Assembly (NCBI GenBank): GCA_050486305.1
Contig: JBJHDA010000001.1
Coordinates: forward strand, 179,071 to 243,070
Direction of reading: 5' to 3'
Source: Candidatus Saccharimonadota bacterium
GTDB lineage: Bacteria; Patescibacteriota; Saccharimonadia; Saccharimonadales; SLHW01
DNA length: 64,000 bases
The position numbers and the translations under genes are program-made. Shown piece by piece: positions 19,501 to 28,841 of the stretch. The notes under the pieces are model-generated. The model ran no database searches, was not told the origin of the DNA, and saw nothing but the letters and a program-made list of their open reading frames with translations. Each line of letters begins with the position of its first letter. The first letter of the stretch is position 1.

Positions 19501-19944
19501 ATGTTGCGTATAGCTATCATCTCAGTTGGCAAAAAACATGATTCAATTTTTGAAGCTGCAGTTGCTTATTACGAACAAAAATTGCGCTCAGAATGCAGAC
19601 TCTTATGGAGTATTGTCTCATCTAGTAACGTGGCCGATGAGGGCAAGCAGATACTTAATAAATCGAAGAATAGTTTTGTGGTGTTGCTGGATGAAACAGG
19701 AGAGCCCTATACCTCAACTCAGCTAGCCGCTGTACTGGAGGAGCGCCGCGTTCAATCCCAGAACGACCTAACGCTTATTATCGGCGGCGCCTACGGTGTC
19801 TCCGATGCAGTTCGGCAACGTGCTGATCTGGTAGTATCACTCGGAAAACTTACGTTACCGCATCAACTGGTACGAGTTGTACTGCTGGAGCAGCTTTACC
19901 GGGGATTTTCGATATTGCGCGGTACGAACTATCATCACAAATGA
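19501..19944 (+). CDS. rlmH: 23S rRNA (pseudouridine1915-N3)-methyltransferase
   Basis: 147 aa. SPOUT-type sequence MLRIAIISVGKK..., LIIGGAYGVS..., C-terminus YHHK. Confidence 0.9.
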   Translation: MLRIAIISVGKKHDSIFEAAVAYYEQKLRSECRLLWSIVSSSNVADEGKQILNKSKNSFVVLLDETGEPYTSTQLAAVLEERRVQSQNDLTLIIGGAYGVSDAVRQRADLVVSLGKLTLPHQLVRVVLLEQLYRGFSILRGTNYHHK

Positions 19945-20001
19945 AGTACTGGTGAATTGAACTTGCTTACTGTTCCAGCAAGACTGAAGGTTATTTTCAG
20001 G

Positions 20002-20112
20002 CTAGAGTAATCCCTCAAAGTTTACCTGGTAGTTGTAGCGGGTCCAGTAAATAAATCCCACAGCAATAATCAGCAAAATAACTAGGAATATAGAACGCGT
20101 GACTTCATTCAT
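20002..20112 (-). CDS. Possible 36-aa single-TM micro-protein coupled to sortase
   Basis: Below the ORF-track cutoff. ATG at 20112 overlaps the sortase stop region. Translation MNEVTRSIFLVILLIIAVGFIYWTRYNYQVNFEGLL. Confidence 0.3.
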   Translation of the reverse strand: MNEVTRSIFLVILLIIAVGFIYWTRYNYQVNFEGLL

Positions 20113-20689
20113 GTTTTTCCTCCGCGATGATTACCAAGCGGTTTTCGGCCGTTAAGAGCGGTGTACATGTATAAATTGTTAGCTGTTTGTTATCTGTAGG
20201 CGCTTCAATACTCGTCTCATAGGCTGAAACCGTCTTGATGTTCTGTACGGTGTAGACCGTTGTTGTTCCTTCCCACCGAAGGCCGATTGTGTCGCCGACA
20301 GCTACTTTATCAAGGTGGTAAAGCGGTCCGTTCGGGTGAGCGTAGGTAAAGCGATGTCCGGCGAGTATAATATTTCCGTCTTCATTTGGGTCAGCGCTCC
20401 CGGGACGAAGCCAAACGCCACCTTCGTCAATTACACTAATTGAATCTCCGGTCACGATTTCCTCATCAACTAAGATGTCTGGAATCAGCAATCGATTCCC
20501 TTCTCGGCTCTCACTTGGTTGGGCAGAAACTTGCTGTGAAATACTTGTCCGGGTGTCTGGGTTACGGCTTCCCCACCAGAACGATATAATCGGCAAAAAC
20601 GGAATTATCAGCGCATAGATAGATACTGCGATTACCAGAGCTGCAAGCAGATTATTTATCGTTTTATGCGCCGGAAACCTTACCTTCAT
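20105..20689 (-). CDS. Sortase family transpeptidase
   Basis: 194 aa. N-terminal TM, NIILAGHRF (His), LTIYTCTP (Cys), C-terminal Arg region NRLVIIAE. Confidence 0.8.
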   Translation of the reverse strand: MKVRFPAHKTINNLLAALVIAVSIYALIIPFLPIISFWWGSRNPDTRTSISQQVSAQPSESREGNRLLIPDILVDEEIVTGDSISVIDEGGVWLRPGSADPNEDGNIILAGHRFTYAHPNGPLYHLDKVAVGDTIGLRWEGTTTVYTVQNIKTVSAYETSIEAPTDNKQLTIYTCTPLLTAENRLVIIAEEKHE

Positions 20690-20727
20690 ACGTTATCTAG
20701 TATACGGGCTTACGAAAATAAAAATAC

Positions 20728-20756
20728 TTGCACTATAATACAAAACATGTTATAAT
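20728..20756 (+). promoter_or_regulatory. Sigma70-type promoter of the CAP-domain gene
   Basis: TTGCAC - 17 nt - TATAAT; the -10 element ends 9 nt before the ATG at 20766. Confidence 0.5.
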
Positions 20757-20765
20757 TATGATACA

Positions 20766-21338
20766 ATGAGAGATGTTGTCTTTTGGACGTTTCAAATCGC
20801 TGTACTTTGCGGAGCTGCCTTTACGCTTTGGCTGCTTACGTCTTCACTGCAAGAGCAAGTTATCGGTGGGTCTGTTGCAAATGGGGTGGTCTTGGCAGAT
20901 AGCGATGTTGAGTTTTATCAATCTGTTGATGCTGCTGTTAACCCTGAGGAGCTATATCGTCTAACGAATGCTGAACGCCAACAAAATGGCTCACCTGATC
21001 TCCTTAAAAGTGCTGCGTTGGCAGCACAGGCACAAGAGAGAGCGCAAGACATGCAGGCCGGCGCTTACTATGCTCATAAAAACCCAACAAGCGGCGAGAC
21101 ATTTGCTGACGGGCTTCGTGCAGATGGTGTTGGATACCGTTACGCCTGCGAGAATCTGAATATGACGTTTAGCGCAAATGCATCACTTACGATGTCGGAT
21201 TGGCTAGATAGTCGTGACGGGCATCGTGAATGCATGATGAATCAAGCAGTTACCCATGTCGGCTATGCGGTGGTAGATGTGCCGCTCTCAGAAGGTGAAG
21301 TTTCCTATATCGTCGTTGCTATTTATGCGAGCTTGTAG
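20766..21338 (+). CDS. CAP/SCP-like extracellular domain protein
   Basis: 190 aa. N-terminal TM/signal anchor, then LTNAERQQNG...YYAHKNP...YACENL...GHRECMMN, resembling CAP (SCP/PR-1-like) domains. Confidence 0.55.
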   Translation: MRDVVFWTFQIAVLCGAAFTLWLLTSSLQEQVIGGSVANGVVLADSDVEFYQSVDAAVNPEELYRLTNAERQQNGSPDLLKSAALAAQAQERAQDMQAGAYYAHKNPTSGETFADGLRADGVGYRYACENLNMTFSANASLTMSDWLDSRDGHRECMMNQAVTHVGYAVVDVPLSEGEVSYIVVAIYASL

Positions 21339-21346
21339 ACGTAGAC

Positions 21347-21589
21347 TTACACAAAAAGTGTACTTAGGATATACGCTGCAACTACCACTATCAAAATAGC
21401 CCAGGCGGCTGAGATGAGCTTTTGATTTTTCTTTTTACTGGCCAAGAAGCCATACGTTCCGATCCATAGCCAGATTGCCAGAATTAATAATGTAAAAAAC
21501 GTTTCCATAAGCATTAGTGTAACACTCCTTGTCTTCTTACTTGCAGATATTTTCCGGCTGAGAGGAGGGCTAATAGTTAAAATCTTCAA
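21347..21589 (-). CDS. Small membrane protein
   Basis: 80-aa ORF (likely shorter, from an internal Met) with two hydrophobic helices, directly downstream of the ferric-reductase-like gene. Confidence 0.4.
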   Translation of the reverse strand: MKILTISPPLSRKISASKKTRSVTLMLMETFFTLLILAIWLWIGTYGFLASKKKNQKLISAAWAILIVVVAAYILSTLFV

Positions 21590-22883
21590 AATAGAGCTGG
21601 TTCTCTAATCCGAGCTCTTCTGCTTGGGCTTCGTACGCTCGCATCATGGGCGGCGGCCCACACAAGTAGATCGCGTAATCTTTCAATGACCCGAGCTGAT
21701 CCTGTATGTCTTTTAGGCCGATAATCCCGAACTCATCCTGGCACAAGTACTTATAGTCGAACGCCCGGTGACCTTTTTGAATAATATCAAGTTCTTCTTT
21801 GTCTATGACTTCTTTTTTTGTCCTCGCGCAGTGGAACATTGTTACCTCGGGCGTTAATTTACTGAAGCGGAGGCTGTGTGCCTTACTTAAGAAAGGTGTC
21901 ACTCCGATACCGCCGGCAATCCAGAGCTGCTTCGGGTGCTTCTTGTCGTTAAAAGTAAAGCCACCGTATGGCCCTTTGACGCGGGCGTTCACACCTGGCT
22001 TGAGGTTTCTCATAGCAGCTGTGTGGTCGCCGAGCTCTTTAACGAGGAAGCGCAATTTGGAGCTGTCTTTACTCGAGGCAATTGAAAACGGATGATATAC
22101 GTCCTTGTCAATCGCATCAAATGATATATAGAAAAACTGCCCTGGCTTGAAATTCGCAATTCTGTAGACAGGCTCTAGTTCGATATCAGTAACGTCGCCT
22201 GGCAAAAGCTTTACTGAGGAAACCTTATACTTGTAAAACGGATGCAAAAAATCTCCTAAGAGCGAAAAGTGGACAAATGTCAGTGTAGCGAGCAAGGATA
22301 AGATGAACATGTACCACCACATGAACGGATTACTTGCCAGTACGGAGTCCGGTCCAGACATAAATGCGTGTACTGCGCCGATAATGAACAACACGCCTAG
22401 CCAGCGGTGTACAGCAATGAAAGTTTCATGTTTGACTTTGATGAAGATAGACCAGAGCACCAAAAGGATAAGGCCATAAAGAGAGATTCTGCCCAGCATT
22501 GTAGCGATGCCGGTAAATCCGATGTAATGATGTAAAAGGTCCCCTGCCCCTTTTGTATATAAGTAAGTAATTGTATTGCCGAGCGGATGCATGAGTAGAA
22601 GTGCCATACAGGCCGTACCGAAGAACTTGTGTGCGATATACACCTTATCTAATCCATGAAACCATGAGTCCAGAATTTTATAGCGGCCGCTTAGGATGAG
22701 TGACCACGCAAACATTGCCATTCCGGCAAATGCCGCGGTTTTCTCCATTGATACTCCTGTTATTTCTGTTGCTGTCATTCCGCTAAAATCAAAGCCGATT
22801 ACCCAGCCTATTGTTGGGATAATCGTCACAGCCAAGCTAATTGCCAGTCCAGGGGTGAACCGTATTTTTTTATCTATATCCAT
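21570..22883 (-). CDS. Ferric-reductase-like transmembrane oxidoreductase (FRE/NOX-type TM domain + FAD + NAD(P)H domains)
   Basis: 437 aa. 6 TM helices containing His residues, HPFSIASS (FAD-binding motif), AGGIGVTPF (NAD-binding), C-terminal CGPPPM. Confidence 0.75.
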   Translation of the reverse strand: MDIDKKIRFTPGLAISLAVTIIPTIGWVIGFDFSGMTATEITGVSMEKTAAFAGMAMFAWSLILSGRYKILDSWFHGLDKVYIAHKFFGTACMALLLMHPLGNTITYLYTKGAGDLLHHYIGFTGIATMLGRISLYGLILLVLWSIFIKVKHETFIAVHRWLGVLFIIGAVHAFMSGPDSVLASNPFMWWYMFILSLLATLTFVHFSLLGDFLHPFYKYKVSSVKLLPGDVTDIELEPVYRIANFKPGQFFYISFDAIDKDVYHPFSIASSKDSSKLRFLVKELGDHTAAMRNLKPGVNARVKGPYGGFTFNDKKHPKQLWIAGGIGVTPFLSKAHSLRFSKLTPEVTMFHCARTKKEVIDKEELDIIQKGHRAFDYKYLCQDEFGIIGLKDIQDQLGSLKDYAIYLCGPPPMMRAYEAQAEELGLENQLYFEDFNY

Positions 22884-22971
22884 AAGCGTTTATAGCTGGT
22901 AGTATAACGCATTTTGCCCGTCTGTGTAGACAATTACGAGGGTTGCTGTTTAATTTGTTATAATCCTGCTT

Positions 22972-23262
22972 ATGATTACATTATTTCTGACGTTACATAT
23001 TGCTGGGTCGTTCGTTTTTATCGCGTATGCTGCAGTCGCTGTGTATAAGCTTATTGTAGCGCGCGGCAACGAAAAATTAATGAAACGAGCTGCTGTTATT
23101 ATCGGACTTCATCAGGTAATAACGGGCTTTGGCTTGGCATTCTTAAGTCCAAATATGTCTATTCTCACGGTGTGTATGAGAGGGATAATTCTGGTTGGAA
23201 TACTCTACGGTTTAAGCACTGCAGTAACTCGCCGTCTCGCGTTTGCCAAGCAAATTACGTAA
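22972..23262 (+). CDS. Small 3-TM membrane protein
   Basis: 96-aa hydrophobic ORF. TGtTATAAT lies 7 nt upstream of the ATG. Confidence 0.5.
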   Translation: MITLFLTLHIAGSFVFIAYAAVAVYKLIVARGNEKLMKRAAVIIGLHQVITGFGLAFLSPNMSILTVCMRGIILVGILYGLSTAVTRRLAFAKQIT

Positions 23263-23271
23263 GAATCTTTT

Positions 23272-23766
23272 CTATCGTTTTCCAGGCGCGAGCTTTTCTT
23301 TTAGGTCGGTTTCAAGCCTGAAGTGAATGCCGATTTTAAGCATTTTGACAAACCCGAAGATCCGTAGCGCACGAAGTAATGTAGCGACTGATAGCGGAAG
23401 CGGAATGGCTGCCAGTAGGTACCACCAGTTATACCGTAAAAAATGTGCTCTATGATGCGATAAAAGCAGCCTTCCGCCAAATTCTACGAGTAAAGCGAGG
23501 GCGATGAAGCTGTCAGCGTATTGCATGGCAATTAGCTGCGAAGCTGTAGGCTGCTGCCAAAAAAAGCTGTAAGCAAAAGTAAGGAGGCTTACGAGCACTA
23601 AGAAAAACATCATTAATTCGAGCAGAAACAGTTCCGAACGATGCAAGAGCCCATAATGATAATGGTACCGCTCATGCTGTAAGTGCCGCACAGATTGCTG
23701 CTTCATGACCGCATTATTATACGCCGGATCGAAACTACTGGTAAACTGTTGTGTATGAGTAACCAT
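23272..23766 (-). CDS. Membrane protein with voltage-sensor-like helix
   Basis: 164 aa. TM helices plus LLRALRIFGFVKMLK (S4-like spacing of basic residues). No pore region. Confidence 0.4.
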   Translation of the reverse strand: MVTHTQQFTSSFDPAYNNAVMKQQSVRHLQHERYHYHYGLLHRSELFLLELMMFFLVLVSLLTFAYSFFWQQPTASQLIAMQYADSFIALALLVEFGGRLLLSHHRAHFLRYNWWYLLAAIPLPLSVATLLRALRIFGFVKMLKIGIHFRLETDLKEKLAPGKR

Positions 23767-24465
23767 GCCGAACCATCTCTAAAAGCAGTTTTTATTAACG
23801 CCACATTGAAGCCTTCACCAAGCAAAAGTCATACTGACGGCTTGATCGCAATAAGTAAGGCAATAATGGATAAAAACAATGTGGAAACGACAGTGATACG
23901 GTTGGTAGACTTTGACGTTGCGCCAGGTGTTCAGGCTGACATGACGGAGCATGGCTTCGACAAAGATGAGTGGCCCACCATTCATGCAGATATCATGGAT
24001 GCAGATATTTTGGTGCTTTGTGGTCCGATTTGGCTGGGTGACAACAGCTCGGAGATGAAAAAAGCTATCGAACGACTGTATGCGACATCGGGCGAACTGA
24101 ATAACAAGGGGCAGTACAGTTATTATGGTAAAGTTGGTGGCTGCTTGATTACGGGTAACGAAGATGGCGCCAAGCATTGTGCCATGAATATTCTCTACAG
24201 CTTACAGCACATAGGCTACACGATTCCACCTCAAGCTGACGCTGCTTGGCTAGGCGGTATTGGCCCAGGACCAAGCTATCTAGATGAAGGCTCAGGCGGT
24301 CCGGAGAATGATTTTACAAATCGTAATACTACCTTTATGACCTGGAATCTTATGCACACTGCGCGTCTACTAAAGGGTAATAATGGGATTCCGCCCCAAG
24401 GGAATCAGCCAAACGCCTGGAAGGATGGTCAGCGTTTCGATTTTGAAAACCCTGAGTATCGGTAA
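23755..24465 (+). CDS. Flavodoxin-fold NAD(P)H-dependent FMN reductase family protein
   Basis: ORF trimmed to MSNHAEPSLKAVFINATLKPSPSKSHT... (typical N-terminal strand + phosphate loop), ADILVLCGPIWLG. Confidence 0.7.
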   Translation: MSNHAEPSLKAVFINATLKPSPSKSHTDGLIAISKAIMDKNNVETTVIRLVDFDVAPGVQADMTEHGFDKDEWPTIHADIMDADILVLCGPIWLGDNSSEMKKAIERLYATSGELNNKGQYSYYGKVGGCLITGNEDGAKHCAMNILYSLQHIGYTIPPQADAAWLGGIGPGPSYLDEGSGGPENDFTNRNTTFMTWNLMHTARLLKGNNGIPPQGNQPNAWKDGQRFDFENPEYR

Positions 24466-24504
24466 GTGCCCGCAGTTGTCCTGGGGTTACATCTCGTGAC
24501 TAAA

Positions 24505-24738
24505 CTATAAGTCAAGCAGACGCGATAACGTGTCTTTATCAAAGCCGATTACATATTCGTCGTCTATTTTTGTTACGGGAACACCCATTTGTCCGGTCGC
24601 TTCTACGACGTGCTTCAGGGATTCCTGATCTTGGGTAAGGTCAACTTCTTTGAACTTGACCCCTTTGTCCGCTAAAAACGCTTTTGTCATGTGGCAAAAG
24701 CTGCAGGTTGGTGTGGTGTAGATGGTCACATCTTTCAT
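24505..24738 (-). CDS. Glutaredoxin/NrdH-like small redoxin
   Basis: 77 aa. VTIYTTPTCSFCHMTKAFL (CxxC), GVPV motif. Confidence 0.75.
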   Translation of the reverse strand: MKDVTIYTTPTCSFCHMTKAFLADKGVKFKEVDLTQDQESLKHVVEATGQMGVPVTKIDDEYVIGFDKDTLSRLLDL

Positions 24739-24741
24739 GAC

Positions 24742-25044
24742 TTATTCCTCCTCCAATGATTGGATTGTTTTAATTAATACGTTTGTGCGTTCTATTTCAC
24801 GGTTCGGCTCATAGCAGATTCTTTGGCCCGTCCTGACCGGCTGCAGCAGCCCATGTAGCTCCAAAAGCTTAAGGTGCTGTGACGCGGCTGGAGTAGACAC
24901 GTTTAACTTTTCCGCGATTTCTCCCACGCAGACTCCCTTCTCTTTTAAGAGCAGTTGCATAATTTTGAGGCGGGTCGGATCGCCGAGCACACGGAACAGT
25001 CGTGAAATACCCTGAGCCTTCCTTGAATCCATTGTCGTGTTCAT
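24742..25044 (-). CDS. ArsR/SmtB family transcriptional regulator
   Basis: LFRVLGDPTRLKIMQLLL...VCVGEIAEKLNVSTPAASQHLKLL: winged HTH of the ArsR family. ATG at 25044 with AAGGA 9 nt upstream preferred over the TTG at 25053. Confidence 0.8.
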   Translation of the reverse strand: MNTTMDSRKAQGISRLFRVLGDPTRLKIMQLLLKEKGVCVGEIAEKLNVSTPAASQHLKLLELHGLLQPVRTGQRICYEPNREIERTNVLIKTIQSLEEE

Positions 25045-25067
25045 CTGCAACAATCCTTATATTAAAC

Positions 25068-25087
25068 GTTTAAGTAATTACTTAAAC
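25068..25087. promoter_or_regulatory. Perfect 20-bp palindrome, probable ArsR-family operator
   Basis: GTTTAAGTAATTACTTAAAC equals its own reverse complement; it lies 24 nt upstream of the ArsR start. Confidence 0.55.
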
Positions 25088-25206
25088 ATCATATATTAAG
25101 CCTTCATGTCATGTCAAGCCTCTTGTTACTAGTTCTGTATGAGGGCTATACACCATGTATCGCCGTGCTACACTTGTAGGTACAGTAATGATTGTGATGG
25201 AGCGGC

Positions 25207-26742
25207 ATGATAAAGAGTTCCGAACAAGAAGCATTTTTTACTCCTGAAAAAGAGGCGTTTTTCGACAGGCTGGAGGCAGAAGGCACTGCCCTGACGTTCG
25301 ATGATGTGCGTTTACGGACTGCGCCAAGCGAGGTTAGTCCGAAAGAAGTTGATACACGCTCCCGATTTTCACGAAATGTTGAGCTTAAGGCGCCACTCGT
25401 TAGCGCAGCGATGGACACCGTGACCGAATCAAAGATGGCCATTGCTATCGCGAAGCTAGGCGGCCTTGGAGTGATTCACGCCGGGCTTGAGCCTGAGGTG
25501 CAACGCGATCACGTGAGAAGAGTAAAACTCCATCTAAATGCATTAATTGAGCGACCGGTGACCGTCCAAGAGACTGACACGCTTGGGGATGTGCTTCGTA
25601 GGTGTGATGAAATGGCCTTCGATTTTCGTACGTTTCCTGTAGTAGATAATGAAGGTAGATTAAGCGGTCTTTTGACGCAAAATGATTTTGATTTTGCTGA
25701 GCATACAGCAACTCAGGTGAGCGATGCAATGACACCGAGGGCGGAAATAATGTCAGCTGAGGCGGGTACATCAATTGAAGAGGCCTACCGCACCATGATT
25801 GATCACAAGAAAAAAACGCTACCTTTGCTTAATGAAGATGGGCACGTTGTAGGGCTCTATATTTTCTCTGATGTAAGACGCATTGCTAGAGACAACTCTC
25901 GTGAATACAATGTTGACGGCAAAGGAAGGCTTCGGGTCGCAGCAGCGGTACCCACTGATGATGAGGCTATTGAGCGGGTCGGTATGATGCGGCAGTACCT
26001 GGATGTAGCAGTTATTGACTCAGCTCAAGGAGATTCAAGGTATGCTTTCTTAACCCTTGAGGCATTGAAGGAGGACTTCCCTGACCTCGATGTTGTAGTG
26101 GGTAATATTTCCTCCCCAAAGTCGGCAAGGTTGCTAGCGGATGCCGGGGCGGATGGTATAAAAGTTGGTCAAGGCCCAGGCTCCATATGCACCACACGTG
26201 TTGAAACTGGCATCGGTACTCCTCAGGTCAGCGCTGTATATAACTGCAAGCAAGCAATTTTAGCGTCCAAAAAACCGGATGTCCCGGTTTGTGCTGACGG
26301 CGGTATACGTGAAGCAGGCGATGTCTCTATTGCGATTGCATCTGGCGCGGATTCGGTGATGATGGGCGGTATGTTAGCAGGCACCAATGAAGCGCCAAGC
26401 GATGTCATTGAACTGGAAGATGGCTCAAGGGTTATGGTTTACCGTGGCATGGGTTCACCGAGCGCAATAAGAGACAGTGCTGCAGCGCGTAAGCGGTATG
26501 GCGGTGGCGACCCTTCAGCGATGGTGTTGGCAGAAGGAGTGGAATCATTTGTGCCAATAAAAGGACCAGTTGATGATGTAGTTAGACGAATTGTGCTAGC
26601 GTTACGGAAGTCTATGTCATATGTTGGCGCATCTGACATAAAAACTCACCAGGCTGAAACGCAGCTTTATCGGATAACGAATGCCGGGATGGCCGAATCA
26701 AGGCCACATGACGTGACGGTCGTAAAGGCACCTTACCACTAG
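25207..26742 (+). CDS. guaB: IMP dehydrogenase (with CBS pair)
   Basis: 511 aa. LTFDDVRLRT..., CBS insert, catalytic loop GIKVGQGPGSICTTR, GGIREAGD, MMGGMLAGTNEAP. Confidence 0.95.
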   Translation: MIKSSEQEAFFTPEKEAFFDRLEAEGTALTFDDVRLRTAPSEVSPKEVDTRSRFSRNVELKAPLVSAAMDTVTESKMAIAIAKLGGLGVIHAGLEPEVQRDHVRRVKLHLNALIERPVTVQETDTLGDVLRRCDEMAFDFRTFPVVDNEGRLSGLLTQNDFDFAEHTATQVSDAMTPRAEIMSAEAGTSIEEAYRTMIDHKKKTLPLLNEDGHVVGLYIFSDVRRIARDNSREYNVDGKGRLRVAAAVPTDDEAIERVGMMRQYLDVAVIDSAQGDSRYAFLTLEALKEDFPDLDVVVGNISSPKSARLLADAGADGIKVGQGPGSICTTRVETGIGTPQVSAVYNCKQAILASKKPDVPVCADGGIREAGDVSIAIASGADSVMMGGMLAGTNEAPSDVIELEDGSRVMVYRGMGSPSAIRDSAAARKRYGGGDPSAMVLAEGVESFVPIKGPVDDVVRRIVLALRKSMSYVGASDIKTHQAETQLYRITNAGMAESRPHDVTVVKAPYH

Positions 26743-26849
26743 TGTTTAGTGCTGCATGTAGGTCTGCCACAAAAATCACCTGCCCTTTTGGTATAACCAA
26801 ACTACCCGCGTCAGGTAAACCTGACTGAGGTTGTGATAGAATATCCCTT

Positions 26850-27359
26850 ATGAACCAGCCTAAAACAAAAAGCACCGGTAAAACCGCTTCCTCGCCACGG
26901 GAAAAATTACTTGAACATATAGAAAACAACGCCTCTAAAAGCGACTTTGTCAGCTGGTTAAACAACCAGCATGGCGGAGCATACAGTGACAGCTCTGACT
27001 GGTCTGCGATTAAAAAATCAATCTTAGGCTCAAAAATGTCCAGTGGAGAACTTCATTCTTATGCTGCAAGCCTCAGCTCGGAAGCAGACATCAAGAAGCT
27101 TTTAAAAGACGTTGAGACTCAGACAAGCGAAGCACAGGTTGTCGCAGATAAATTGTCGCTACTCTCAACCTTAAAGAAGTTTGCAGTGGCTACTGGCGGC
27201 GCTTGCTTGTTATCCGGCGTATTATTGCTTTCTGCAGCGGCTGCATTTTGGCTTGGCATACTTACCTTTAATGAGATAGAGAGCGTTTATCTAATCGGTG
27301 TCAGCTTATTGATCGGTCTGCTTCAGCTTTTGGCGGGGATACTGCTGGTTACTGAGTAA
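26850..27359 (+). CDS. Hypothetical protein with C-terminal double TM anchor
   Basis: 169-aa ORF. TGaTAGAAT lies 7 nt upstream of the ATG. C-terminal hydrophobic helices. Confidence 0.5.
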   Translation: MNQPKTKSTGKTASSPREKLLEHIENNASKSDFVSWLNNQHGGAYSDSSDWSAIKKSILGSKMSSGELHSYAASLSSEADIKKLLKDVETQTSEAQVVADKLSLLSTLKKFAVATGGACLLSGVLLLSAAAAFWLGILTFNEIESVYLIGVSLLIGLLQLLAGILLVTE

Positions 27360-28779
27360 GATCTGCAGCCACGACAAAATATGAAACAGCTAAAATAGTC
27401 GCAAGTAATGCATAAAGAAAAATAATGCCGCCACGAAACAGAAGTTTCCACCGCGCTTTTTCTACGCCGCCGAGCAAGTAGCCAAACCAGCCGATTATCA
27501 CCCAGACAATAACCAACATGAGTGATTGTCGTTGAACAAAAAACAGAAGCACGGATGCGAGCGCAATAATCGCAAACGGTATTAGTGGGAAAAGCGGAGT
27601 CCGGAATGGTCGCGGGAGATACGGTCGCTTTTTTCTTAACAGCATTATTGATACAGCAATATTAATCAGGCCAAGCAGGTATACGGTGTTGCTCATATAG
27701 GCAACAAAGTTGATGGCTTGTGAGACGACGAGAAGTGCTGCAAATACACTGCACGCTACGACCGCTCGTGCTGGCACCTTGGATCGATTTGTTTTCGTCA
27801 GGAATTTACCGAAAAAGCCTTCGTGAGCAATGGCGAACAATCTGCGAGAAGTTATCATAACGGCAGCAATCAACGACCCGCCCGTTGCTAGTAAAGCGGC
27901 TGGAATAACAATGTATATGCCGGCACCACCCAATGTTTCAGCGACGGCAAGCAACGGAGCGTCGGATCCGGCAATTGTCTCCTGTGATGCACCAAGCAGA
28001 GTGATGTATGCGACGGCAGAGAACACAAATGCGCTTACCAGGATAGTTACTATGAGCGCAATCGGTATGGTTTTGCCAGGATTTTTTGCTTCACCGGCAA
28101 GCGTTGCGACATATTCATAACCAACAAATGAAGTGAAAATAAGTGCTGTGGCCGCCAGTACTCCGGTAATCCTAAACTCGTCGAATGTGATTGATCCGAG
28201 GTTGTAAGGGCTTTGTGTAACATAAACGGCATACGCGCAAAAAAGTAATAGTAAAATCGTAACGCTGACTGCCTCTGCCTTCCCTGCCTTTCTGATGCCT
28301 TTAATATTTATTCCTGCTGCTGCGACGAGAGCAGCCAACGAAATAATAAGAGGACTAACCCCCAGAACGAGCCCTAGATAAAAACCGAACCCCAGTGCAT
28401 TTATAGCAAGGTAACCGATATCACCAAGCAATACCGTCCATGAGAAAAGAAAAGGAAATACTCGCTTTTTAAATGCGGTAAAAACATAGGCGAGGTCAGC
28501 TCCAGGTCGCGGAATCGTCGTACCAACCTCGGCATAGAGCAAGCCGCCTAAGAGTGCGAGGGCTCCGCCAAGCAAGAAAGCCAGTGGTGTATAGGCGCCG
28601 GCCAGTTCTACTCCACCTGCCAGTAGAACAAAAATACTTCCGCCTATAGTTCCAGAGATTCCTATGATGCACAGCAGTGCTACACCGATGTCACGCTTCA
28701 AGCCTTGTCGCGGCGAATTTATAAACATTAGCAATAAGTATACCCTACAGAAACCAAGCTGCCAGACAGTAGAGAGCAT
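27349..28779 (-). CDS. APC-superfamily amino acid/polyamine permease
   Basis: 476 aa, about 12 TM. N-terminal GTIGGSIFVLLAGG-type motif characteristic of APC transporters. Confidence 0.8.
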   Translation of the reverse strand: MLSTVWQLGFCRVYLLLMFINSPRQGLKRDIGVALLCIIGISGTIGGSIFVLLAGGVELAGAYTPLAFLLGGALALLGGLLYAEVGTTIPRPGADLAYVFTAFKKRVFPFLFSWTVLLGDIGYLAINALGFGFYLGLVLGVSPLIISLAALVAAAGINIKGIRKAGKAEAVSVTILLLLFCAYAVYVTQSPYNLGSITFDEFRITGVLAATALIFTSFVGYEYVATLAGEAKNPGKTIPIALIVTILVSAFVFSAVAYITLLGASQETIAGSDAPLLAVAETLGGAGIYIVIPAALLATGGSLIAAVMITSRRLFAIAHEGFFGKFLTKTNRSKVPARAVVACSVFAALLVVSQAINFVAYMSNTVYLLGLINIAVSIMLLRKKRPYLPRPFRTPLFPLIPFAIIALASVLLFFVQRQSLMLVIVWVIIGWFGYLLGGVEKARWKLLFRGGIIFLYALLATILAVSYFVVAADLTQ

Positions 28780-28841
28780 AGGTTATAGCGCTTGTGCTAT
28801 AATTTCGGATAAATAAGCTTAAAATTACATAACGAGGTTTC

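Noticed and set aside
23683-23754. N-terminal 24-codon extension of the flavodoxin-fold reductase ORF, and similar long 5' extensions of track ORFs at 11713, 25053, 35645, 38978, 45250, 45785, 52745 and 60306.
   Set aside because: The extensions begin at non-ATG codons or overlap divergent genes. Downstream ATGs have SD or -10 signals at appropriate spacing and match the usual N-termini of the respective families.
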